Source of the DNA: Marsupella aquatica
Lineage: Eukaryota > Plantae > Marchantiophyta
Direction: 5' to 3'
Length of the DNA stretch: 35,052 nt
Assembly (NCBI GenBank): GCA_973895155.1
Contig: OZ316898.1
Span: 10,686,486 to 10,721,537 of the forward strand
Notes under the pieces: model-generated
What the model was told of the DNA's origin: nothing
The model's database searches: none
Seen by the model: the letters and a program-made list of their open reading frames with translations, nothing else
Program-made: the position numbers and the translations under genes
Shown here: piece after piece, positions 12,901 through 22,665 of the stretch
Layout: every line of letters begins with the position of its first letter
How positions within the stretch are numbered: the stretch's first letter is position 1

Positions 12901-14631
12901 AAACGAGCACCCCCATAAATAGGTGTTCTAGCATGTGCCTCCGCTTCTTCCCATTGTTGTTGACCTTCTGATGTATGTTGAGGTTGGGGGTCATGTGCAG
13001 CATTTGGTGGAGGAGCTCCTTCATTGGGTGGTCCACGTCCTTCACCATCAACGTCCACACGGGCGTCCACACCAAACCAATCTGTCATGAAGTCATCCAT
13101 GGCTGTCTCCTGGTCCTGCATGACCTCAAAATCTGTCCTAGGTGCCCCTTCATCCAAACCCTCATTGTCACTGTCATTGGATGAAGAATCTGTTGATGAT
13201 GTGACTCCGTCTTGTGGCATGCCCATTTCTTCATATGTAGCTCTCAACCTCCTTGGCAACATATCTTGACTAGGTCGCACATTCTATGGACAATACAATA
13301 AAGCATTCACAATCAAACTCCAAATTAAATCCCTCATAAGACAAAAACAATATCGACACATATTATTAACATACAATGTGAAAGAACATCATAGGTTTAG
13401 GGTGTAAACCCTAACTTACAAAATATATGTTCACAAAGCATGAAGAAACATATAAATAATACATGTCCCTAAAATAAGCCTAATCCCACTCATAATGTGT
13501 AAACAACTCCTCTCCGGCCTTGATGGTCCTAGTAGCTACAACTAGACAATGGTCATGATGATATCTCTGCCCATATGGTGCTGAGGGGGACCATCAACAA
13601 AAACCCATTCATAGTTTTTCCTACGCTTAGGCCGGGTCCCCACAATACTGTTAATGAAACTGGCTATATTTCCACTATGGATGGGATCACCATCAATTAT
13701 ACGTTGTTCACTATACTTCCTAGTGCAACCATCAAAAGTATCCATGTCCAATGCATAAGTCTTCCACTCAGGGTGTTGTACAAGGAGCATGTTCCAATGT
13801 CTTCGCTTGTAAATGGGTCCACCATATGGGAACAACGTTGGTCCATCTTGAGAGCGCCCTTTTCCACCCATATCATCCACAATGATGTCCTGGCAAGAAA
13901 AAATTCCATACCCATGTCTCTCCCCTAGTGTAGAACTTTTGACAATCCAATGTCTTCCCCAAACCTCTATTTCCTCACCATAGGTTATATCACATGGCAA
14001 ACCAAGGCAATCAGGATTCCAATCCTTTATGATAGGAACACATTTCCCTGTGAATGTACAAGGTCCCCACCTACCATCAACCCTACAGGTGTACTGATCA
14101 ACTTCCCCTCTAGGTTGCCTTTTAGACAGTTTTTTCCCTCATGTAACAATACCATCACCCTGAACTGTCCCAACACCACTTCGCTCTACTGCAACTAAAC
14201 GGAAAGCTTGTGAAAGGGCCGAGCCTATAGCATCTAGAACTCCTTGTGAGGGAACATAGGGTGCTGGTGCCGTGGGTGTAGGCCTATTAGATACCTATAG
14301 GGAACAAATCCAACAAAGTGATTGTAAACTTCCCCAACTTATCATGCTAGCAATATTTATTGAATAAAAAATAAACCATAGTAAGTTTACAACTCACCGT
14401 ATGGGATGAAGAGGCTCCGGGTGTAAGACCTCGATGTTGTCCATATCGAGAAATATGGTCTGCACATACATATGACTTCTGGACAACCATCCCCACACAT
14501 TTTTTACAACTGCAAAGTTGGCGTGGTGGACCACTAGGTCGACGAGCGGCTGTTTTAGGCTGAGGAGGAGGATCTATGTCCTCATCAGAGGAGGAGTCTG
14601 ATGTGGTGGAAGTTGTAGAGGATGAAGACAT
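9995..14631 (-). pseudogene. TnpD: CACTA TnpD/Tnp2 transposase, spliced (exons 14631-14398, 13283-12083, 11941-9995), ~1127 aa restored, disrupted
   Basis: Exon 1 has a transposase-associated CSCKKC...DHISRYG motif. Transposase_21 motifs: IHACVNDCILY, CPICHEPRY, RLGLASDG, NYNLPPW, IIPGP. A GT-AG intron at 12082-11942 joins HDYPG to FGFVSG...GYKAC. Further motifs: LDPMHIEGNV, KTHDYH, DUF4218-type FFDCQVHLLVHL...RWMYWLERYM, and DUF4216-type YGKIEEI...FKCKWF...EPF. Lesions: 1-bp deletions at ~10958 and ~10700 and an in-frame TGA at 10935-10933. Confidence 0.9.
13480..14294 (-). pseudogene. SET-domain (lysine methyltransferase-like) exon inside the CACTA element; ~349 aa restored when joined to exon 14631-14398
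   Basis: SET motifs appear in order: IVKSSTLG..HGYGIFSCQDI, LFPYGG, YALD, IIDG...GNIASFINS, N.EWV. After a 1-bp frameshift in the G-run at 13585-13589 the frame reads CLVVATRTIKAGEELFTHYEWD* (stop 13482-13480). Acceptor CCCTATAG| at 14295. Premature TGA at 14141-14139. Confidence 0.8.
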
Positions 14632-15059
14632 CTGGCAAGTGGAAGATTTGGAATAGCGAGTTAGTAAACAAATAGCTAAAATGATCATTTGTAATCCCTA
14701 AGTAGACATATTAAACTGAAATGAAAGGAAAAAATACCTTTATGAGACCCGGGCTCAGCAATGCCTATAGGTCTTTTGGTCCAAACTTGATGAACCCAAT
14801 CTGGAAGTAGGAGGGAGAAATCTGCAAATATACAATGAATTAAGCAATGACTTATGGTAAAGTATAGAAAGGGATGATAGACCCTCAAGTTACAGTAAAA
14901 ATAAAAAATGCCAGGAAAACAAGCTTTACCTTTCAGATGCCCGAGCTCTCGCAATGCATATGCATTAGCCAAAACTCTCAAAACGATGGGGAAGTGCCCT
15001 GTAACTCCTAGAGTGTTCCACCCCTTCATGTTAATGAAATAAAGAAAGCATACCCTCAA

Positions 15060-16010
15060 TTAGAAAAAAAACCTACCCTAAACATGAACATATAAAACCC
15101 TTACCCAAAGCCCTAGCTAACCAAAACCCCTCCGCTAAAAACCCAACTGCTACATTCAAACCCTAACCCAAATCCCTCAGCTAAAACCTAACTCAAACTC
15201 CCTCATTACCTATGAAGCCTTTACCCTAAACCCTAACCCAAATCCCTAAATTAAAAATTAAACACAAGCCTGAATTATAATTGAACCCATCGATCCCCTA
15301 TATTCAATACCTAACCCAAACCCCTCAGCTAAAACCTTACTCAAACCCCTACCTTAAACCCTAACTCAAACTCCATCCTAAGTTACCTATCCATATTCCC
15401 TCATTACGTATCAAACCCTTACCCAAAAATCCTAACCCAAACCCCTCAATTAAAAATGAAACACAACTTAGAATTAAAATGGAACCCAACCCCTATACTT
15501 AAAACCTAACCCAAACCCCTAAACTTAAACCAAAATCAAAACCCCTACCCTAAACCTAACCCAAACCCCTAAACTTAAACCAAAATCAAGCCCCTACCCT
15601 AAACCCTAACCCAAACCCCTAAACTTAAACCAAAATCAAGCCCCTACCCTAAACCCTAACCCAAACCCCTAAACTTAAACCAAAATCAAGCCCCTACCCT
15701 AAACCCTAACCCAAACTTCTCAATTACAACCTTACCCAAACCCCTACCTTAGACCCTAACTTAAAGCCCTCTATTAAAACCATGTCCCTAAACTGAAATA
15801 TGTATAGAGCAAAAAATATGAAATCAGTGAAAAGTCAAACCCAACCCTTACATTAAAACCTAAACCCAAATTAACCCCTTCAATTGAAACACAACCCTCC
15901 CTAAACACAACCCTTTCTAAATCCAAACCCCAAATTAAAACTCAAAAACCCTTTGTTAAATTAGAACCCAATTAAGATTCAAAAACAAAAACACAAAGCC
16001 CAACTACAAC
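15060..16010. repeat. Degenerate telomere-like (AAACCCT/AAACCCTAA) tract including a 50-bp tandem repeat (4.3 copies, 15501-15716)
   Basis: Unit AAACCCTAACCCAAACCCCTAAACTTAAACCAAAATCAAGCCCCTACCCT, with strong C/A strand skew throughout. Confidence 0.85.
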
Positions 16011-16099
16011 CTAAAATCCTCTTCTTCAAACTAATTGGCCATTCACAAATCCATGTTGAGTTAAAAGGGTTTAAATAGGCCATACCCTTGTAAAGCCGT

Positions 16100-16464
16100 T
16101 TAAACACCTGGGATAGTTTCCCACCCTAAACCGAGATCACCTGCCTCGCAAATTGCTTCACAAATTAGAGATGCATTTTGCGAACCTCCCGGGTTCGCAA
16201 CATCTTCGCAAATACAGAGGCCGAGAATAATTTTTGGGCGTTTCTGCGGGTTGCGATGGATTAGCGAGGGTATTTTCTTCACAAAAGTATTGCAAGTTGC
16301 GAGACCGTTTGCGAAGGTAATAGGGTGGCAGTTTGTGATGCGAATGTGATCGCAAAGAGGTTTTTTTGAAATGCGTAAGTGTCGGCGGGAGCTCGCATCA
16401 AGCTCATTCCTTGTTTGATCGGGAGAGCGAGAGGAGAAGGGGCCGCGGGGAGAGGGATTGAGCT
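16100..16464. promoter_or_regulatory. Probable bidirectional promoter region between the divergent TnpD/SET and TnpA-like genes, rich in TCGCAA/TTGCGA motifs
   Basis: CpG-rich island between head-to-head genes with about nine copies of the subterminal motif. Promoter function is inferred from position only. Confidence 0.45.
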
Positions 16465-18475
16465 ATGGCTACCGGTGGGAGTGGAGAGCACGGTGGGAGT
16501 GGAGGACATGGTGCTGGTGGTAGTGGCAATGGGGAAAATCAGGAGAAGCAACAGAATGCATGGAGCGACTTAGTAGCCCAACATCTCAGTGCTGCACAGT
16601 TGGGTGAAGTAAATTTGAATACTCCAGCAGGGCTTGCCTCCTTGAGTGCCATTTTAGGCCAGGTTTTGCAAACAGGAATTGTGGCAGGGCAAGCTACTAG
16701 AGACGAGGAAGAGAGGGTCGCAGCTGAGGAGAAGGCTAGAGAGAAAAGAAGGAAGAGGGAGGAGAGGGCTAAGTCGGGAGTTGCCTCTCCTCAAGCCATA
16801 GAAAAACAAAAGAGAAGAGAGGAGAGGGATGCAATTCGAAAACAACGAGATGAGCAACGTCAGAAAGAGGATGCAAGGAAAAAGCTTCCATTCATTGCCT
16901 TGGAGACAACTGGGACTCCAACTGAGCTAGCCTATGCAGGGGCTAAGAGCACCATCAAACAGATCATCACAAGCAATTTCTCACGAGGCATGCAATGGGG
17001 AAAGGTTGAGAAGGCAGAGCGAAAGAGAGTGATGAATCAGATCAAGGATGCATTTCGTAATGGAGCTGACATAGATGAGCAATGGCTGGCAGACAAGATT
17101 TCTAATTCCATGTCTCAAATGAGATACCATGATAGGATGAAGATTAGAGCCCACCTGAGAGACTTGAGATCGTACAGGAATTTGCGCAGGCCCCTCCAAT
17201 TCACTGAGGACATCTGGAATGCATTTTACAAGATTGAGGTGCAAATCAAAGCAGCTCGCGAGTTGGAACAATGGAAGGATACACTAGCTCGATCCCTGAA
17301 AGCAAAGGAGACTGGGAAGCTCCCCCTTGACCATGACCTGAAGGGACTCGAGCAGAAGGTAGCTGATGTGCAAAAGGTGGTCGACGAAGAAGGAAAACCA
17401 CCCAAACGTTTCATGGATGCAGCCAAGCGAGTGAAAGCCACCCCCAATCCAGTCCACAAGCTGGGTCAAGGCGGGCTCCCCGGTCTCAAGGCCCACTTTG
17501 TGAGTGTCTCCTCTCCTCCCTAAGCTCTTTCCTCCTTACTTTCTCAGTTGAGGTAATGCAAGTGAATGGAATGTCATGAATGTCCATGCTCTCATGTGCT
17601 TGCTTGTGCATTGTTTTAGGTCACGACTGACACTTAGAAATTTGCGCATTTTTAAAAACCTCTCGGGATCACAGTTTGCGATCCCATTGCGATGCGTATC
17701 CGTTCGCAAGAGCCTCGCAAACTCTATTATGCACTTTTTTCTTTTTGGACTTTCTGATGCTGTTGCGAAGGTACGCGCATCGTAAAAGCCATCGCAATGC
17801 CTTCGCAAACATTAGGGCTTCGCATTTTGTGAATGCATTAGCTTCGCAAATGTGAGTTTGAGTTGTTTTCAAAGTAGTTTAACTTTTCTAGGCCTAAGGC
17901 CTCTCGCATTGTGAATTTTGGTTTAGCCTATGGGTTTACTTTTTGGTTTTATGGTGCATGGCAGTACCGGAAATATAAGAGGAAGATATCCAAGAAACAT
18001 ATTGAGATAGGGATGGAGCATGGGAGAAAGTACCTCTTTCAGATGGTCGATGCCGAGTTGGCTACTGTAAGTATCTAGGTGTTCAAGGTTTAATTAATTG
18101 TGATGCCAACATTGTGGATGACCCTTTTTAATTTGTAGAAACTGATTAAGTGTACGGATGCAGGATTCGGATGAGGATGAGGGGGCTACTCCTCTTACCA
18201 GTGGTTCTAGGGAGAGGGGTAGTAGCCGGGAGGTAGGTTCATCCCATCGCGGTAGTGGTAGTAGTCGTGCATCATCAAGACAGGTTGATGATGAGGGGGA
18301 GCAGGAGGGAGGTGACGAGGAGGAGGATGGGCAGGAGGAGGAGGAGGAGGAGGAGGAGCAGCAGCGCCGAAAGGCACCGCGCACCCGTCAGCACCAGGCT
18401 CTACATCCACAGAAGGATAAGGGCAAGAAGCCGACAAAGAAGCCGACAAAGCGGGGTCGGAAGAGTCCATTTTAG
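16465..18475 (+). CDS. CACTA ORF2/TnpA-like protein, 3 exons (16465-17499, 17965-18066, 18164-18475), 482 aa, apparently intact
   Basis: Phase-0 GT-AG junctions (TTT|GTGAGT, GGCAG|TAC, ACT|GTAAGT, TGCAG|GAT) keep one open frame. RPLQFTEDIWNAF and HKLGQGG resemble plant En/Spm ORF2 (Transposase_24-like) motifs. Charged coiled-coil N-terminal part, acidic (GAG)n tract and basic NLS-like tail. Confidence 0.7.
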
Positions 18476-19734
18476 TTAGCTTGTAGAATCTCATGACCGG
18501 GCTCATGAGATACATGTCACTGACTAGCCGTGTTGGAGCTTAGCTAGGATAGCATATGTTCAGTAGGGTGACTTGGCATCAGATATGCCACCCCTCTTGT
18601 GTATTGGGTTCCTTAATTCAAGCTGTCACTTGCCTCTCCAACGGTTAATACGTGCAAACCGCACTTTTCTTCGCTTAAACCGTTGGTATCGTATTACGGG
18701 GTCGTGGAGGGACGCTATTTGGATTCTTTTCACACCAGGATGAGTATTTTGGTTTCCGCTCCCGGAAATGTAGGTTTTGATCAAGTCTACCGACTACCCT
18801 CACCCCACAGCTTTTGATCAAGTCCTGCCGACTACCCCACTACACCTTCACTCGGAGTCACCCAAAGAGTGCTGTCACCACCCCTACTCACAAGGCCGAC
18901 TCAAACCAAGCAAGTTTCTTCAAATCATAGAACGGGAGAACACAATTCGGAAAGCGAAAAAGGGAGAAGGAACACACAACAAAAGCCCATCAAGTCAAAT
19001 GTACAGATCCATATCTCTTGGGAAAAACGATACACATTGCATGAGTAACCCGGCCTCCTGCCGTCTACTCAACTCCTGCCTCTCCGGACAATGAGTATGG
19101 CTCCCCCTCACTACTCTGAACACGCTTTCAAACTCCTCAGGCTCCACTCTATCCCTCCTTGCTAACTTCACACTGAGTCCCCCTAACTACTTCGGGGCTA
19201 TCCCCCTAAATACTGAAAAATCACACCAAAGCACCCCTCACAGGGTCACAACGGTGGCGGCTACCCTAGCGGCGCCGCTAAAACCTTGCACTAAGAGAAA
19301 TCCTTAAACTGAAGAGGAGCATGCGGCACACACATGCTGCTAAAACCCTAAACCCAAAACAAGGGGGCCGACGGTGCCTTCGACGGCGCCCCAACAGTAC
19401 ACGTGAACCCTGAAAGTGAGAGGCACCCCAAAATGGCCGAAACTAGGTGCCCTTCCAAGTGCACACCTGAGCTCACCCCTGGATAGCTCTTCTTTTCCTG
19501 CTTCCGAATCACTAAGTCGCTCCCTCAACGGACTTCAGACGCCTGAGTTATGGCCGTTTCCGTACCGCAAAAACATAAGTTCTCCAGGCCATAACTTGCT
19601 CATCCTGGCTCCGTTTGAGGAGCGCCGCCTCTTGTTGGAATCAGCTCCGCGAGCTCATCCCAACAAGCCCATGAGTGACCCCCCACTAAAATGTTGGAAA
19701 TCTGGAGGCCGTACACCCACGTCCGTACGCCTAT

Positions 19735-21590
19735 CTAATCCTCCTCTTCTTCTTCGCTCTCGGTGCCCGGACTTGTGCCCCGTGAGTGGTCCTCCTCCTC
19801 ATCACTCACGGGAGTGAGTGCCACCGTACTTTTCTTCTTCTTCGACGGAGTACTCTTAGTGCTGCTGCTCCCGCGCTTCCTCAAAGCAGCCAAGGCCTGC
19901 CACGCCTTGATGTACCCCTCACCAATTGTGTCCTTCCAGAGGGTAGCCTCTTCTCCGGACCGCAACTCCAACGGTAGAACTTGCCCCGTGGCCATGGGAG
20001 TCCCGGGGGTGACAGACCTGGGTGGCATCCCCGTACTGACCTGAGCCTCCCGTAACGATTTCCGTACCTCCCGGAGCTTCTTCTCCAAGCTCTTACTCTT
20101 CTCCTGACTCTTCTTGGCTCCATCCAACAAGGGTCCATACTTCCCACTAACCTCCTTCACCACCATCTCGATAGCTTGGGAGATCACATCCGGGGAAAGT
20201 GTGGAGCCAGGTGTGCCGGGACTCTTCCGTTTCCCTAGACTCAGGGCCTCACTTCTCTTCGCTCGTGTCTCAAAGGCTGCCACCTGACTCCGTAGTGCTC
20301 CCACCTGGTTCCTCCACTCCATCACTTCTCCAGAATTTTGCTTCTCTTTGGCCAATGCTTGCCTCAACGCTCCTACTTCTTCTGCTTCCTTGGCCTTGGT
20401 GGACAAAGCTCCCTTCAAGTTGGTGATCTCTACGTGAGCTGCATTGATGTGCCTGACCTTCTCATGAATGGTCTGCTCCTTGGTCTTGATCACCTCCTTC
20501 AGTGACAGGATGCTCTGCTCTAACGTCTCTACTTTGACTGTGGCGTGCTTGAGAGACTCCCTCAATGCGTGGACTAGCTTGAGTCCCTCGTGGACTCCCT
20601 CTCTGAAATCCCGTAGCTCTGCCAAGTAAACATCCGGAATGTTGTATTCCAGAGGCTGTTTCGGATCTCCCACGAGTGATTCAAGCCACTCCAATGTGCA
20701 ATCATCCTCCTGGTTCTCTTCTTCTCTATTATCCTCCCCACCAGCAGACAATGATTCCTCCGTGAGCTTCCCTAAAACGGTAGTGGCAATACTCCGGATC
20801 TCCGTGGTGAGAGATGATCCCGTGTCTTCATGCCCCGGAGAACCAATCAACCCTTCTGCCCTGGCCAATACAAATGACCCCATCAAATGTACAGCCCCAC
20901 CTGGTTTCACACTCCCGGGCTCAGCGGCCAATAGCTTCTTCAATCCGTAGCACCACCATCCGTACACATGGGCTGGGTAGTTCTTGATGTCCATAGCTAC
21001 CACGAAATGCTCCTCATTCAGCACTCCGGATTGCACGTTGCCAAGAACCCGTTGATGCACCTTGGCCAGGAAGCCTTATACTCAACATCCTTGACAGCAG
21101 AAAGAGGGATGGCGGTGGTGGAGGTAGGATTGGTCACCCAAGTGGCCACCATTTTCAACGTGAGTTCTCCCCTGATATTCCGAGGTGTGAATGAGAATTT
21201 CTGATTCTCAAGAAACAATAGCTTAGCCAACTCCACATGGGGCACTACACGTTTGAGACATTCAAAGTAGATTCCCTCCGTTCGGAACTCCATCCCGGCC
21301 TCAATGTCCCAGCTCTTCCCTGAAGGGATGGTAATCTCCACCTTCATGAATTCTGTAAGCCCGGTGGCTTGGAAAATGTTCCGACAATCCTCCATCACCT
21401 TGGTGGAGGTCTTGGGATAAATTCGACGAAAAATCTTCCTACCCACCGGTGAGGAACCCGCTGCCAATCCCGTGCTCATCATAACTTCTCTCTCTTCCCT
21501 TTCCCGTGTAATCCGAGTCTCCACGTAGTCACGGTAAGCAGCCTTGTATCTCCGAATGCGTGACGCACTAAACTCTGGTTGATCTAGCAT
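19735..21590 (-). pseudogene. 3'-LTR copy of the LTR-encoded 618-aa ORF, split by a 1-bp deletion
   Basis: Same translation as 30431-32287 except GAAGCCTTATA (~21074) versus GAAGCCCTTATA (~31770), which yields the 190-aa and 441-aa pieces. Confidence 0.9.
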
Positions 21591-22021
21591 CCATGCATCC
21601 CGAAATCAATTTCTCAATCACCAATCCCGTCACCCGTGGCAATGTCAATTCCCTGGCCCGAAACAGCCCCCGTAGCCCGATCACTTAAATTCTCTCAATT
21701 TCCCGTCACTACTCCGTGCGGCCGCCACTAATGCCTGGAAGAATGACGCCAGCAAGCCCCACTAATCCACCATGAAAGAGAGAGCTTCAAAAATAATTAG
21801 AATCTGGAGAGAGCTTCCGGCAAGAGAGAGAAGAACCCCGTTTTTGCTTTCGGCAATGAGAGGGTCGTGCAAAAGGAAGAGGGAAAGAAAAAGGAAGGAA
21901 AAAAAAATAGAACCGAAAAAACTCCTGGCGCCTTCGCCATGCGCCCCGGCCCATTTCTCGGGCCTTACCCTTGCGTCCTCCTGCGCGCGGCCCTATGCAG
22001 GGCGCGCGGCCATTCCTCCCG

Positions 22022-22200
22022 GCTCGCGGGAGGCCCTTCAACTCCCCCCCGCTCGCGTGATCCTCCCAGCTCGCGGGAGGCCCTTTAACTCCCCCCCGCT
22101 CACGTGATCCTCCCAGCTCGCGGGAGGCCCTTTAACTCCCCCCCGCTCGCGTGATCCTCCCAGCTCGCGGGAGGCCCTTTAACTCCCCCCCCCCCGCTCG
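22022..22200. repeat. 47-bp GC-rich tandem repeat in the LTR (3 full copies plus a partial here; 1 plus a partial in the other LTR)
   Basis: Unit GCTCGCGGGAGGCCCTTTAACTCCCCCCCGCTCGCGTGATCCTCCCA. The LTR-to-LTR offset changes by exactly 94 bp (10697 to 10603) across it. Confidence 0.9.
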
Positions 22201-22665
22201 CTTGCGCTCCTTCAGCTCGCGGAGCCTCATTAATTGCCCGGGCACGCAGCCCTATGGGCTCGCGAGGCAGCCCCTTCAGCTCGTGGAGCCCCATTAATCG
22301 CCCGGGCACGCAGCCCTATGGGCTCGCGAGGCAGCCCCTCTTTCTCTCGGACGGCCACTAATGGGACTCGCCCTCCTGAGGAGGGATTTATTTAAAAAAA
22401 AACCCCCCCCTCTCCTGACTTTGCAATGGGGGTCTCAACAATAGCTCTTGAAGCAAAACGGTAAGTCCTATGGGGCTGCTCCTGGCTAGTTTCAAGGTCC
22501 CAAAATATTTGCCCACTTAGGTCGCCGCAAATCTTAGAACTATTATGAGAGAAAGAATATAAAGTCACCTGGGGCATCATCAACCTATAATGACGGAATT
22601 AACTAAAAATTAAAAAATGGCTTATTTACATTGACTATTAACAAGGTATCGGCCTTTGCAACCAG

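Noticed and set aside
15060-16010. True telomere or chromosome fusion site
   Set aside because: Repeats are degenerate, organised in a 50-bp higher-order unit, single orientation and embedded inside a transposon.
18777-19817. Plus-strand ORFs within the LTRs (105 aa, 133 aa and their copies)
   Set aside because: Identical copies reflect LTR identity, not selection; non-ATG starts and no motifs.
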